Positions 28,653-39,306 are shown, numbered from the stretch's first letter. The stretch: 64,000 nucleotides of DNA from Thermoproteota archaeon (GCA_026986575.1 JALSOH010000006.1:1-64000); one strand, 5' to 3'. Numbers and translations: made by a program. Notes: generated by a model from the letters alone, not told the origin.

Positions 28653-28876
28653 AGCAATACCTGATAATGGACGGAGGGTCTTCTTAATAATCGTTGGGGG
28701 TCCTCCTGACCCCTGGGGTCGAGATAGTCCACCTAGTAAACTATTTGACGAAATAAAAACGCGTAGCTCCCCCTTAGAATATCAATATGTCTCAGGAATA
28801 GGGCGCTAAATGTTTATATATTAAATTAAAATACGCTGTAAAAGAGAAAATAATTTAAGAAAGGATAGGAGAGGTC

Positions 28877-29923
28877 TCACAGCATCTTGATGAACTCGGA
28901 GAGGAGAGCCCCTCCCCACGCGATATCCTTCAGATTAACCACTTCTACTGGACTGTGCATGCTCCTGAGGGGTATAGAGATGAGTCCCGTTCTCACACCT
29001 CCTCTAGCAACCTGAATCGCCCACGTGTCCGTCCCATACCCTCTGAAGTCGGGTTCAATCTGATAGGGTATTTCGGCCTCTTTCGCAGCCCTCTCAAGTG
29101 TCTCCACGACTTCCCAGTGGTAGATCGGACCCTTACTTATGGCTGGCCCCTTACCGGTCCTGAGAACGAACTCCGCTGGCATCATTGGTTGTTTCGCGAA
29201 TGTGACATCTATAGCAACTGCTATGTCTGGCTTGAGCCTGTACGCCACCATTTCTGCCCCTCTTAGTCCTATCTCCTCCTGTATGGTAGCGACGAAGTGG
29301 ACCTCAGCATCTATCTTATCTCGAGACTTCCAAGCGAGCTTAAGAGCCTCTATCATCGTGACAACTCCAGCGGCGTCGTCCAAACCGGGAGATGAGAAGT
29401 GATGGCCGAGTAAGTCCTCTGGCTCGTAATCTGGTACACCGTAAACCCCAGGTTTGACTCCAGCCTTCTCTGCGTCTTCCTTGCTATCAGCACCTATATC
29501 AATGGCCAGATCCCTGATCTCCAGCTTCTTCTCAGCCAGCTCCTTGTAGGCCCTGAAAATATGAGGCGGGAGCGCACCCACAACCCCTTTGACCTCCCCC
29601 TTATCTGTGAGGAGCTTCACCCTCATTCCGTACAGCACCTTAGCGTCCCAGCCCACACCCTCGAACTTGACGAACCCGTCTTCCGTGATCTCCCTTACTA
29701 TTATCCCTATCTGATCCACGTGGGCAGCCAGCATCACCACTGGCTTCCCACCCGGATTTATGATGGCTTCAGAGTTCCCCCAAGCGTCTACCTTGAATGC
29801 ATCGGAGAAGGGAGACATGAGCTCTCTGAGAATAGGTACAACGTACCTCTCAATACCGGTCACTCTCGGGATCCTTGTCAGTCTGAGCAAACTGTCCCGG
29901 ACACCCTCGACCTCAGGCTCCAA
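28877..29923 (-). CDS. M42 family (TET-like) aminopeptidase
   Basis: [34 protein letters not shown]; start set at TTG 29923. Confidence 0.92.
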   Translation of the reverse strand: MEPEVEGVRDSLLRLTRIPRVTGIERYVVPILRELMSPFSDAFKVDAWGNSEAIINPGGKPVVMLAAHVDQIGIIVREITEDGFVKFEGVGWDAKVLYGMRVKLLTDKGEVKGVVGALPPHIFRAYKELAEKKLEIRDLAIDIGADSKEDAEKAGVKPGVYGVPDYEPEDLLGHHFSSPGLDDAAGVVTMIEALKLAWKSRDKIDAEVHFVATIQEEIGLRGAEMVAYRLKPDIAVAIDVTFAKQPMMPAEFVLRTGKGPAISKGPIYHWEVVETLERAAKEAEIPYQIEPDFRGYGTDTWAIQVARGGVRTGLISIPLRSMHSPVEVVNLKDIAWGGALLSEFIKML

Positions 29924-29978
29924 GTTACCACCGAATGGAAAGGTCCTTATTAAAGAAAAAGGGGATGACCCGATCACC

Positions 29979-31247
29979 ATGTCCCTCAGGATAAAGGACA
30001 TCAGGGCTAGACAGATCTTGGACTCCAGAGGGAATCCCACAGTCGAGGTATCGGTGTTGCTGGAGGGAGGTGCCTCAGGTAGGTTCTCGGTACCGAGTGG
30101 CGCCTCGAAGGGGGAGAAGGAAGCTCTCGAGTTGAGAGACGGTGGGAAATGGCTGCACGGGAAGGGGGTTCTCAGGGCAGTTAGGAACGTCAACGAGGTG
30201 ATAAGGCCTGCCTTGATAGGAGTTGAAGCCACCTCCCAGCTGTACATCGACGGGATCATGCTGGAGCTGGATGGCACTCCCAACAAGAGCAGGTTGGGGG
30301 CCAACGCCATACTGGGAGTCTCCGTGGGCGTCGCGAAGGCTGCAGCGGCAGGGCTTGGAATTCCACTGTATCGCTACTTGGGTGGAATAGGCTCTAGGAC
30401 GCTTCCAACCCCTTTCATGAACGTGTTGAATGGAGGGATACACGCTGGCAATGATCTGGCCATTCAGGAGTTCATGATAGTGCCCACCCGGTTCGAAAGC
30501 TTCAGGGATGCCCTCTTCGCCGGAGTTGAGGTTTACATGGAGCTCAAGGATCAGCTCCTTAGGAAATACGGGAGAATGGCTCTGAACGTCGGTGATGAGG
30601 GAGGCTTCGCGCCTCCCATGTCCAAGACGGAGGAGGCTCTGGATTCACTGACCGGAGCTATAGAAGAGGCAGGCTACGCGGGGAAGGTGATGCTGGCCCT
30701 AGATTGTGCGGCCAACGAGTTTTACTCCGACGGCAAGTACAGGATAGACGGTAGAGAGCTATCCCCACCGGAACTCATGGATTTCTACGTGAACCTCGTA
30801 GATAAATACCCGATAATTAGTATAGAGGATCCGTTTATGGATGAAGACTGGGAATCCCTGTCGGAACTCACCAAGAGGATAGGGGATAGGATACAGATAG
30901 TCGGGGACGATTACTTCGCCACCAATCCCGAGTTCCTCCGCAGGGGAATAGAAGCCGGGGCGGCCAACGCCCTCTTGCTGAAGGTCAACCAGATAGGAAC
31001 CCTGAGCGAGGCACTGGAGGCCGCTAACCTCGCCTTCAGCCACGGATACTCCGTCATGGTCAGCCATCGCTCCGGGGAGACGACCGATACCTTCATAGCT
31101 GACTTGGCTGTGGCCTTGAATTCCGGCCAGATAAAGACCGGCGCTCCGGCTAGGGGAGAGAGGGTGGCTAAATACAACAGGCTTCTAGAAATAGAGGAGG
31201 AGCTAGGCCCTATTGCCCTCTTTCCAGGCCTTCGGCTAGCAGCCTGA
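29979..31247 (+). CDS. eno: Enolase
   Basis: [38 protein letters not shown]; ATG 29979. Confidence 0.98.
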   Translation: MSLRIKDIRARQILDSRGNPTVEVSVLLEGGASGRFSVPSGASKGEKEALELRDGGKWLHGKGVLRAVRNVNEVIRPALIGVEATSQLYIDGIMLELDGTPNKSRLGANAILGVSVGVAKAAAAGLGIPLYRYLGGIGSRTLPTPFMNVLNGGIHAGNDLAIQEFMIVPTRFESFRDALFAGVEVYMELKDQLLRKYGRMALNVGDEGGFAPPMSKTEEALDSLTGAIEEAGYAGKVMLALDCAANEFYSDGKYRIDGRELSPPELMDFYVNLVDKYPIISIEDPFMDEDWESLSELTKRIGDRIQIVGDDYFATNPEFLRRGIEAGAANALLLKVNQIGTLSEALEAANLAFSHGYSVMVSHRSGETTDTFIADLAVALNSGQIKTGAPARGERVAKYNRLLEIEEELGPIALFPGLRLAA

Positions 31248-32670
31248 CGAAAAACTCCTCCTTCTTTAATTCCTTCCAGATCTCATTCAGGGCCCACTGG
31301 CCGAGAGAAGCGAGCTCTCTCTCTGTGAGGACCCTGATCTTCGCTCTCCCCCTCAGTATGGATGGTAACCTCTGCCCCCTGAATATATCGCTCACGATGA
31401 GCGTGGCCTCCCTGTACTTCCTACGCCTGAATACATACCACCTGTCCTCCCTAATGGAGGGACCTCCCAGCGTCACCTCGCTTCCCACGTATTTGAGTAG
31501 GAAGTTGTCCTCATCTCTCATGCCGACCGGTGGGCCTTCACGCCTCTCCAGCGTGGGGAGGAGCAGGAATGGTATTTCGGCCGCCACCACTATTGTGGAG
31601 GACTCATCAGTCCATCCGGAGGACCACATAGGGTCGAAACCGTGCTTCCTCAACTCGTCCCCCAGTATCCTCCCCAGCTTCTTGGCCTGAGACCAGAGTA
31701 ACTCCCTGCTCAGATTGTCCGGCTCATCTAACTTGGAGAGCTCAACCACCACTAAATGGGTCCCTCTCCTCCCCAGCTCCTCCTCCACCACGCTGCTCCT
31801 GATCCTAACCCTCGGAGGTCTGAGTGCTCTCTCGAAGAACTCGATAGACGGGTTAATCAGGAAGGCCCGGGCCGCAATTCTGAACCGATTGAACTGGGTA
31901 AGGGTGAGGGCGGCAGCCACGTTCCTCCTAGGATCCACAGGATCTATGACCACTAGCGGATCCCTCGGAAAGAGGACGGACGCATACTCCTCACCTAGGT
32001 GATCCTCAGGGTCTATGCAGACGGGAGGCTGCCAGTCCTTGGCCGCCTTCAGCACCTCGAGGAAACTCCCGTAGTAGATCACTAGGACCTCGCATAAGTA
32101 TCCGCTGAACCCTCCGACCTTCTCTTCAGCACCGTAAGCTTCTATCGATTTGAGAAAGGCTTTCAGAAGCCTCACTTCAGTTGGAGAGCGAAGTTTGGAT
32201 TTCACGTATGAATTGTGCAGCGGGGTCCTGTCTACCGAGCTGGCTATTCTCTCCCCCTTCCCTATCCTGTAGGCTGGAACGAGATCTATGTCGAATTCCT
32301 CCAGCCTGACCATGACGTATGGATGCTCAGCGTAGTTCTGAACATACTCGCCGAAGGCCTTGGCCGCGATCTCCCTTATCAGCTCACCTAGGACGTCCTT
32401 CCCCCCTACCACCTTGGGAAAGAGGACGAATATGTCCAGCTCGTAGTTACCCGGTAGCCAAGTGTCCCTCACCGCGGACCCTACTGGCACTACCTCCGCA
32501 TCGAATCCCAGCTCGTCGACCGCTCTCCTTACCCTACTTAATGCCTCCTCCAAGACACGCTCGAGCTTCCTCCTCTCCTCATTAGAGGGTGTGACGAGCT
32601 TTTTCGCCTGTTCCAGCACCACCTCTAAGTCACTCGATGGTCGCGTGCCTCTTGGCAAGATCCTCCTCAC
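31210..32670 (-). CDS. cca: CCA-adding tRNA nucleotidyltransferase (class I)
   Basis: GS..RDTWL....LDIF, YAEHPY, D.VP, VDRTP.H, GFSGYL.E; exact start uncertain. Confidence 0.95.
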   Translation of the reverse strand: MRRILPRGTRPSSDLEVVLEQAKKLVTPSNEERRKLERVLEEALSRVRRAVDELGFDAEVVPVGSAVRDTWLPGNYELDIFVLFPKVVGGKDVLGELIREIAAKAFGEYVQNYAEHPYVMVRLEEFDIDLVPAYRIGKGERIASSVDRTPLHNSYVKSKLRSPTEVRLLKAFLKSIEAYGAEEKVGGFSGYLCEVLVIYYGSFLEVLKAAKDWQPPVCIDPEDHLGEEYASVLFPRDPLVVIDPVDPRRNVAAALTLTQFNRFRIAARAFLINPSIEFFERALRPPRVRIRSSVVEEELGRRGTHLVVVELSKLDEPDNLSRELLWSQAKKLGRILGDELRKHGFDPMWSSGWTDESSTIVVAAEIPFLLLPTLERREGPPVGMRDEDNFLLKYVGSEVTLGGPSIREDRWYVFRRRKYREATLIVSDIFRGQRLPSILRGRAKIRVLTERELASLGQWALNEIWKELKKEEFFVRLLAEGLERGQ

Positions 32671-33199
32671 TCTTCCCTAGGAGCTCGACGAGCTCCGCAA
32701 TGAGGGCGTCGAAGTATATCATGGTACTCAGCTCGAACAGCGTGCCGAGAGGGGTCAGGGGCTCGTGTATTCCGAGTATCTGTCTAGTGAAGTAGTCCCT
32801 ACTGTTATTCTTAGGGAGCACCCTTCCCCCTATCCTCACGACCAGATCCGCTATCTTACCGAGGCTCGACTCGGGATAGCTGGTGACGGCCACCACGTGG
32901 GCTCCAACCTTTTTAGCCACCTGCGCCGCTGAGAGAGGGTATTTGGTCTCACCGGAACCGCTTACTACCACCACTAGGTCCCCGGGAGCTACCGAGGGAG
33001 TGACCGTCTCGCCTATGACGTAGACATGGAAACCCACATGCATGAGCCTCATGGCAAATGCCCTCGCCACGAGACCGGATCTACCAGCCCCGACCACGAA
33101 GATCTTCCCCTCTCCGAGCGTCCTCAGAAGGGCCTTTATGAACTTCTGAGTGGATTCCTCTTCTACATCGGATAGGTTCTCACTTATAACATCGAGCAA
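32630..33199 (-). CDS. hxlB: 6-phospho-3-hexuloisomerase (SIS domain)
   Basis: GAGRSG, FAMRL.H.G, GET.TP, SGSGET, PLGTLFE, H..E; start ambiguous (see findings). Confidence 0.93.
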   Translation of the reverse strand: MLDVISENLSDVEEESTQKFIKALLRTLGEGKIFVVGAGRSGLVARAFAMRLMHVGFHVYVIGETVTPSVAPGDLVVVVSGSGETKYPLSAAQVAKKVGAHVVAVTSYPESSLGKIADLVVRIGGRVLPKNNSRDYFTRQILGIHEPLTPLGTLFELSTMIYFDALIAELVELLGKSEEDLAKRHATIE

Positions 33200-33324
33200 C
33201 CTACTAATAGTCTCCCTGATGGGCGTGGCGTCATCCCCTCGGATGCGCCCCCCGCTTTATTTAACAAATTAACTGAAGCGCGCATGGTTTTATTTGAGGG
33301 ATCTGTGACAAATCTTGACCACTA

Positions 33325-33984
33325 ATGGGAGCCAGTACGGAGGATAACAGCGAGAAACGTCCACCTCCACTCGTAGAGAGAATAATAGAGCAATTTGAGG
33401 AGCTAGCCGACACAGTGCGGATAATATCTAGGATAAGCGGGATGAGCGAGGTTGCTAGGAGGTATGCGGTCACCAATTCGTTCGACAGCCTCCTTACCAT
33501 GTTAGGCGTCCTGATGGGGAGCTTCATATCGGGTTTAAAGGAACCCTCCGTCATCATCAACACAGTACTCGGCGGCGCGGTGGCCATACTCATATCCGGT
33601 ACGATGGGCACATACCTGACGGAGAGGGCGGAGAGGGCCTCTAGGATAAAAGAGCTCGAGGTGGCAGTTCTCATGGATCTAGACGAGACCCTCGTGGGGA
33701 AGGCCGAGAGCATATCAGCGGTGATGGTAGCGGCGGCCAGTGGCCTAGCTCCCTTCTTGGTCATGATGTCCCTGACCGTTCCCTTCTATCTGTCCACTGG
33801 CGGCATGCTCTCCGTGATGGAGGCCTACGTGATATCCTTCATCGAGGTCCTGACAATCCTCTTCACACTAGGGGTATTCCTTGGCTCCCTATCGGGTGAA
33901 AACAGGCTGGTCTACGGGGCTATGCTGGTGGGAATGGGCCTCCTGATAGTGATGGTGATGCTTTGGCTGGGAATAAGTGGATAG
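33325..33984 (+). CDS. VIT1/CCC1-like membrane protein
   Basis: ARRY...N.FD..LT.LG, G.YL.ERAE, several TM helices. Confidence 0.78.
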   Translation: MGASTEDNSEKRPPPLVERIIEQFEELADTVRIISRISGMSEVARRYAVTNSFDSLLTMLGVLMGSFISGLKEPSVIINTVLGGAVAILISGTMGTYLTERAERASRIKELEVAVLMDLDETLVGKAESISAVMVAAASGLAPFLVMMSLTVPFYLSTGGMLSVMEAYVISFIEVLTILFTLGVFLGSLSGENRLVYGAMLVGMGLLIVMVMLWLGISG

Positions 33985-34709
33985 CCCTGAGAGTCGCCTA
34001 TATAGGGTGGGATTACTATGGAGCGGTCAGGCAACCGGACCTTCCTACCATAGAGGGATCGCTAGTTGAAGCATTGTCCGATCAGGGAATTGAGGCCAGG
34101 TTGAAATTCACCTCTAGGACGGACAGAGGAGTATCGGCTCTGGATAATGTGGTAACCTACAGAGGGGCGCTCCCGAACATCTCTCGACTGAATGCTAACC
34201 TCCCAAAGGACATCGCAGTCTGGGGGCTCATCGAATCGGATAGCAGGGTGAAGGCAATCGAAAAGACCTATCTATACGTTGTTCCCGTTGAACTGGACAT
34301 CGAAAGATTGCTCGAGAGCTTGAGAGAGGCCTCACTCTCACCGGATCTCTGTAAGGAGGGAGAGGCGCCGAGACCGAGCTGTGATGCGAGGGCTTATCGA
34401 GATTTCACACTGGTGTTCGTGACCGGAAAGTCTTTCTGCTGGCAAATGGTCAGGAGGCTCGTGGGAAGAGCCGTTGGACCTATGATAGGCAAGAAGATGA
34501 ATGTAGCTCCGGCGGAAGGGCTCATGCTCCTCAGGACCAAGGTGGACAGACGGTGGGATGAGCTTCAAACCTACAAGCTCCAATCCATCCTGAAGGAGCT
34601 GGAAAAGAGTATGTGGAGGTGGGGAACCGGTCTACTTCTACTGGATATAATCAGAGGGGTTATCTCTTCAGGGCGACTACCGTCTTGGTCTCGGGGACGT
34701 ACCACCTGA
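33963..34709 (+). CDS. truA: tRNA pseudouridine synthase A-like protein (divergent)
   Basis: VAY.G..Y.G..RQP...TIEG, SRTDRGVSA, F.WQMVRR.VG, APAEGL. Confidence 0.85.
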   Translation: MAGNKWIALRVAYIGWDYYGAVRQPDLPTIEGSLVEALSDQGIEARLKFTSRTDRGVSALDNVVTYRGALPNISRLNANLPKDIAVWGLIESDSRVKAIEKTYLYVVPVELDIERLLESLREASLSPDLCKEGEAPRPSCDARAYRDFTLVFVTGKSFCWQMVRRLVGRAVGPMIGKKMNVAPAEGLMLLRTKVDRRWDELQTYKLQSILKELEKSMWRWGTGLLLLDIIRGVISSGRLPSWSRGRTT

Positions 34710-34938
34710 CCTTATCCCTGAACCACTTCCAGAACTTTGTGAACGCATCCATGCTCTCCGTCTCCACCTGTATGATCCCGTTGTACTCCGTTCCCCAAGC
34801 GTGATCGTAAACACCGATCAACCTAATCTCTGGAGGCCACTCCTCCATTATATCCTCCCACTGCCTCCTTGCTTTCTCTTCCTCTTCCTCGGTTAGCTCT
34901 CTAAGCTTGTAGAAGATCAGTAGCACGTAAGTTGGCAT
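34660..34938 (-). CDS. Small hypothetical protein (possible ferredoxin-like alpha+beta fold)
   Basis: 92-aa ORF with AGGTGA RBS and upstream TTTATATA; protein-like composition. Confidence 0.7.
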   Translation of the reverse strand: MPTYVLLIFYKLRELTEEEEEKARRQWEDIMEEWPPEIRLIGVYDHAWGTEYNGIIQVETESMDAFTKFWKWFRDKVRWYVPETKTVVALKR

Positions 34939-34991
34939 GAACTATCACCTCTAGAAGGGATTGTGGAATTTATATAAACTTCCTGACATGC

Positions 34992-36515
34992 CTAGCTGAC
35001 GCTTCTGAGGGGGAGCCAGCACTTAGGCATGCATCCAGTGCACGAGACATCACATCCCGGTGTGGGTAAACCCTCTAGGGCCCTTCTCAGCTCTCTAGAT
35101 AGGAAATCCCTACTCACTCCTGTGTCAATGTACTTCCACCAAGGTGCGTCTCTCTCCCCGTAGACTATGGAATCCAGATCTATTCCCATATCGTTAGCTA
35201 GGGAGCGATAGGCTCCTCTATTGTACGGAATTCTAACCCCTTTCTTGAGGAGTTTCGCTATCTCAAAGCCTCCCACCGACATGAAAGTCTGAATGTACGC
35301 CCTGCCGTAGTGCATGGCGTTGACCTGCCCCCGGAAACTCCTCCTGAATATGGAGATCCTCCTCTTGATGTCCTCCTCGCGGGCAAGCGGGACCGTCTCG
35401 AAAGGCGTCCCGGCCTTGGGAATGAAGATGCTCACTGTGACCTTTGTGTTTACGAACTCCGCTATCCTACTCGCCAGCCGACTCGATTCCTCCACATCCT
35501 GATCGGTCTCAGAGGGAAGGCCCACCATGAAGTAGAGCTTGAGATGTCTCATCCCTGAATCCTTGGCCTCCTCTGCCACCCTCACGAACTCCTCGTTATC
35601 TATCGTCTTGTTCACCACGGCCTTCATCCTCTCACTACCGGTCTCAGGGGCTAGTGTGAGCATGCTCTCACCAACGCTCACCGCCAACTCTATGAGCTCT
35701 CTATCCACTTGATCTGCTCTAAGAGAGGGTAATGTGACGCGAAGCCCCTTTTCAGAGGCCCAATGAAGCAGATCCTTTATTAGCTTTGAAGATGCAGCGT
35801 CACTCCCTATGACGTATACCCCTTTGAACCCCAGCTCATGGGCCCTCTCGACGGCCACCTCCAAGTCTTTGGGATCCGGATCCAGCCGGGGTCTCCAGTG
35901 CCAGCCCAACATGCAGAACCTACAGCCCCATCCGCATCCCCTCGATATCTCCACGAGATAGCTGTTTACCGGTTCCTTCCCACGGAAGACTATTATCTGG
36001 GTTTCAAGGGGCTTCAAACCCCTTACTCTCTTGAATTCAGCTCTGTTCATGATATTTGGAAGAAAGAACCCGTCATCAGCTAGTTCATCAAGAGAGCCCC
36101 CCGCTAGCAATTTCTCCACTAGTGAGGGGATGAGGACCTCCCCATCTCCCACACCGATCGCCTCAGCCAAGGAGCTTATAGGTAGGGGGTTCGCTGAAAC
36201 GGCTGGTCCGCCGACCACAACAGGCTTGCGCACTCCTTCTAGCATCCTGAACAGTACTGGATACTGGCCCTCGAAGTGGATTGTAGCTAGAATCAGGTCG
36301 AACTCATTGAGCGATCTCCCGCCCTCCACCGATCCCTTCAGGTCAGTTACGAACCTCTCGGCCATGACGTCATCGAAAGAGTTCAGGAGGAAGTAGAGTA
36401 TCTGATGACCCATTGAGTTTATAGCCGCAAAATAGGGCGCGGGATAGACTAGGGCAATCCTCAGCCGATAATCCCGTGGATCCCTATGGTAGAACCCGCC
36501 TTCTTCCCTCAGCAA
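34992..36515 (-). CDS. Radical SAM protein (COG1032-type, degenerate B12-binding N-domain)
   Basis: ALVYP..Y, GGP, EISRGCGWGCRFC, SLRAD, LAPETGSER, YFMVGLP.ET. Confidence 0.88.
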   Translation of the reverse strand: MLREEGGFYHRDPRDYRLRIALVYPAPYFAAINSMGHQILYFLLNSFDDVMAERFVTDLKGSVEGGRSLNEFDLILATIHFEGQYPVLFRMLEGVRKPVVVGGPAVSANPLPISSLAEAIGVGDGEVLIPSLVEKLLAGGSLDELADDGFFLPNIMNRAEFKRVRGLKPLETQIIVFRGKEPVNSYLVEISRGCGWGCRFCMLGWHWRPRLDPDPKDLEVAVERAHELGFKGVYVIGSDAASSKLIKDLLHWASEKGLRVTLPSLRADQVDRELIELAVSVGESMLTLAPETGSERMKAVVNKTIDNEEFVRVAEEAKDSGMRHLKLYFMVGLPSETDQDVEESSRLASRIAEFVNTKVTVSIFIPKAGTPFETVPLAREEDIKRRISIFRRSFRGQVNAMHYGRAYIQTFMSVGGFEIAKLLKKGVRIPYNRGAYRSLANDMGIDLDSIVYGERDAPWWKYIDTGVSRDFLSRELRRALEGLPTPGCDVSCTGCMPKCWLPLRSVS

Positions 36516-36531
36516 ATGGGATCTCCCCTAG

Positions 36532-36604
36532 TGGGCCGGGGGGGACTCGAACCCCCGACCTCCGCCTCGTAAGGGCGGCGTCATAGCCGCTAGACCACCG
36601 GCCC
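36532..36604 (-). tRNA. tRNA-Val(TAC)
   Basis: GGGCCGG/CCGGCCC acceptor stem; CCGCC-CT TAC GA-GGCGG; GGTTCGAGTCC. Confidence 0.96.
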
Positions 36605-36612
36605 TGTGAAAG

Positions 36613-36715
36613 TGGCGCCGGGGGAGGGATTTGAACCCTCGCGGCCCGATGGGCCACTGGCTTTCCACAGGAGGCTTTAGCAGGCCAGCCCCCTACCAGG
36701 CTAGGGCACCCCGGC
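36613..36715 (-). tRNA. tRNA-Ser(GCT) with 15-nt intron at 37/38 (36663-36677), CCA encoded
   Basis: Body nearly identical to tRNA-Ser(GGA); anticodon loop interrupted by AAGCCTCCTGTGGAA forming a relaxed bulge-helix-bulge. Confidence 0.93.
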
Positions 36716-36745
36716 CCTCCACCGCACCTATGGCGAAGCGGATTT

Positions 36746-37510
36746 TTAAACTTCACTTGAGCGGAGGAGATCCTCAACCCTCGCAGGAGAGAGGGCGGAA
36801 AGCACGGCTCCAGGGAGGTGAGGGCCCAGCCTAGGAATCAATCCCTTAGCTTGAGTCCCGGGCTTACACACGAGGGCGTGGGATAGGAAAGAGGTCCTCA
36901 CAACGCTCACATCCCTCCTATGACCCGTCCTCATGAGGGCCCTCCTGACCTGCTTCGGAGTCGCTCTAACGATAAAGAGGACATCCCGACCCCTGTTCAT
37001 CCATCCTCTCACCATCGCAACCTGTTTAGGGGATAGAGACACGTACACACCACTTTCGTCTTTCCGGAGGACCCTCAACTCCAAGGCTAAATCGTCAACG
37101 AAACCGTAGGCCCTAGCTATTTTCCTAGCAGGTAACTTCATTCCCTTAGCCAACTGGTTTCTCATCTCGAAGAGCGGATAGAGGGCGTCCTTCTCCTCCT
37201 TGAATGCCTTGAAATATACCCCGAAACCCACCTTACCGACATCTGTAATGAAGCCCTTGAACGTATCCCCAACCTTCACCTCTTTTATGCTGGGCAGCTT
37301 GCCGTAAGTCTTGATTATGAGATTCTCCGCTATTCCCTCATCCGGACCTGTGACTGAGACTCTCACCCACCCTCCTTCAGTGTCTAGATCCAGCTCTGGT
37401 ACCTCCAAACCCTTCATGTAACCCAGCATCTCCCAACCGAGCTCCTCGAGGACATCTTCCTTTGGAAGGCCTTTGGATATCCTCTCTTGGATGAGTAGGG
37501 TGCGCGTCAA
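36746..37510 (-). CDS. DUF2110 family protein (S1-like domain)
   Basis: V.V.GPDE..A.N, G......KVGFG.Y, GH.RD motifs; usual neighbour of tfe. Confidence 0.75.
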   Translation of the reverse strand: MTRTLLIQERISKGLPKEDVLEELGWEMLGYMKGLEVPELDLDTEGGWVRVSVTGPDEGIAENLIIKTYGKLPSIKEVKVGDTFKGFITDVGKVGFGVYFKAFKEEKDALYPLFEMRNQLAKGMKLPARKIARAYGFVDDLALELRVLRKDESGVYVSLSPKQVAMVRGWMNRGRDVLFIVRATPKQVRRALMRTGHRRDVSVVRTSFLSHALVCKPGTQAKGLIPRLGPHLPGAVLSALSPARVEDLLRSSEV

Positions 37511-38046
37511 CTTGCCTCTCCTTCCAGCGACTCCAGCGCCCTATTAAGAACATCAAGCATTCTCTCTATCTCCTCCAGTATCTTTTCCCTGTCCACCGGT
37601 TCCAACATGGCGCCACACACGGGACAGACGAGGCCAGATTCATCCATCCGCGATATCACCTCATCGAAGCTTAGCCTTATGTGGGTAGGGTCGGCGGCGC
37701 ACACGTAATACTCCCCCGAGGACTCCTCCTCCTTCCTCCTGATGAGCATCTCCCTCACCTCCCTGAACCTCCTCAGGAGGAAGGATCTGGCTAAGTCGCT
37801 GTTTATCCTCCAGTAAGTAAGCCTGTTCCCCGCCTCATCCTCCTTTGTACCCAGCTGCACGACCAAATTGGAGTCCTGCATCCTGTAGAGGAGCTGCCGA
37901 AGCTCTGTCGGTGGCAGTTTCAGTTTCTCCTGCATCTCCCCCTCCTCCAAGACACCATCCTTGGCAAAATTGACCATCTTCCTGGCGAGGCTCAAATCCC
38001 TAGCAACAACAGCGAGCGCTAGAACTATCAAGTCCTCTTCACTCAT
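37507..38046 (-). CDS. tfe: Transcription factor E (TFIIE-alpha homologue)
   Basis: wHTH (LR..LY......LV, YW), Zn ribbon C...H / CPVCG..L...D. Confidence 0.9.
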   Translation of the reverse strand: MSEEDLIVLALAVVARDLSLARKMVNFAKDGVLEEGEMQEKLKLPPTELRQLLYRMQDSNLVVQLGTKEDEAGNRLTYWRINSDLARSFLLRRFREVREMLIRRKEEESSGEYYVCAADPTHIRLSFDEVISRMDESGLVCPVCGAMLEPVDREKILEEIERMLDVLNRALESLEGEAS

Positions 38047-38105
38047 GTTTTTCGGTCTCCCTCATCTAGTAAAGTTTATTACCGGCCTTATCGATCTAAC
38101 CAATG

Positions 38106-38180
38106 GCCCCGGTAGCTCAGCCCGGTCAGAGCGGCCGCCTCGTAAGCGGCAGGTCGCGGGTTCGAATCCCGCCCGGGGCT
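38106..38180 (+). tRNA. tRNA-Thr(CGT)
   Basis: GCCCCGG/CCGGGGC acceptor stem; GCCGC-CT CGT AA-GCGGC. Confidence 0.96.
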
Positions 38181-38245
38181 CTCATTCAGAATACGCCTGA
38201 GCTCTCAAATAAGTTTTACTAAATCTCATAGAGTCTCGGGGAGAA

Positions 38246-38319
38246 TGGGGCCGCCGGGATTTGAACCCGGGACCTCCGGCTCCCGAGGCCGGCATCCTAC
38301 CAAGCTAGACCACGGCCCC
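38246..38319 (-). tRNA. tRNA-Pro(CGG)
   Basis: GGGGCCG/CGGCCCC acceptor stem; CCGGC-CT CGG GA-GCCGG. Confidence 0.96.
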
Positions 38320-38359
38320 AGTTCAAAGTAATTCATACTATGCGATAAAAAAGCTTTTC

Positions 38360-38878
38360 TCAGGAACCACCCGATTCCTCTAAGACCTCGGAGAGGGCTT
38401 TCTTGAGCTCAGTGTATGTATTCCTCAGGGCATCACTGACGACCTTTGTGTTGCCTATCACTGGCATGAAGTTCGTATCCCCGTTCCAGCGAGGGACTAC
38501 ATGTATATGCACGTGTCCCTCGAAACCGGCCCCTGCGGCCTTGCCTATGTTCGCTCCGACGTTGAATCCCTCTGGATTCATGGCTCTCCTCAGGGTGAGC
38601 ATAGACAGGCGTATCAGTCTCCACATGTCCTTAGCTTCATCTTCCGTCAGGTCCTCTATGCTGGCTACGTGCCTGTAGGGCGCCACCATTAGGTGGCCCG
38701 GGTTATAGGGATACTTGTTCAGTATGATGAAGCAGTGCTCGGATCTGTGCAGGATTAGGTTCTCCTCGTCCCTGCCCTCAGCCGGTAAGGTGCAGAATAT
38801 GCATTCCTTCCCCGCCTCGGTGGCGAGCAACTTGATATAGGGCATCCTCCATACTGCCCAGAGTCTTCTAAGGCTCAA
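38360..38878 (-). CDS. HIT family hydrolase (Ap4A phosphorylase/FHIT-like)
   Basis: LWA.WR..Y, CIFC, LN.YPY..GH, HVHIHVVPRW.GD.NF. Confidence 0.93.
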   Translation of the reverse strand: MSLRRLWAVWRMPYIKLLATEAGKECIFCTLPAEGRDEENLILHRSEHCFIILNKYPYNPGHLMVAPYRHVASIEDLTEDEAKDMWRLIRLSMLTLRRAMNPEGFNVGANIGKAAGAGFEGHVHIHVVPRWNGDTNFMPVIGNTKVVSDALRNTYTELKKALSEVLEESGGS

Positions 38879-39240
38879 CTAGCTCCCTCCGTGAGCCTCA
38901 AGATGGCCTCTGCTAGATCACCACCAGCTTCTATAAGTGCCTTTCTGGCGGTCTCCCTGTCCACTCCCGCCTGGGAGGCGACCAGGGAGATATCTTCCTC
39001 AGTAGGTTCGTAGACCTCCTCACCCTTCTCCTCTACCTCAGAGACCTTTTCCACTTTCCCCATCACTTGATAGATCTCTTCCCCTCCCACTTTAGTTACC
39101 GAGACCTGAGGATCGGATATGCGCAGAGCCGTTCCATCTCTCAACCTTATCAAGACCTCCTCCGCATCCAGCGTCTGGACCTTCACTCCCATGCTCCTCA
39201 GCATCTTTTCCAAGTCCTTAGGCCTGAACTTTCTCATCAT
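38875..39240 (-). CDS. nac: Nascent polypeptide-associated complex protein
   Basis: NAC domain plus UBA-like EEDI.LVA.QAGV....AR.AL....GDLA.AI. Confidence 0.93.
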   Translation of the reverse strand: MMRKFRPKDLEKMLRSMGVKVQTLDAEEVLIRLRDGTALRISDPQVSVTKVGGEEIYQVMGKVEKVSEVEEKGEEVYEPTEEDISLVASQAGVDRETARKALIEAGGDLAEAILRLTEGAS

Positions 39241-39306
39241 ATGGGCCTTAAGTTCGAGTAAAAGTAAAGTTTACCTTAGGCGGGAGGGGCATGGGAGCGA
39301 GGGACC

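Noticed and set aside
29760-30310. Apparent 550-bp head-to-head overlap of enolase and M42 peptidase ORFs
   Set aside because: Artefact of longest-ORF calling; homology begins at 29979 (+) and about 29923 (-), leaving a normal divergent promoter
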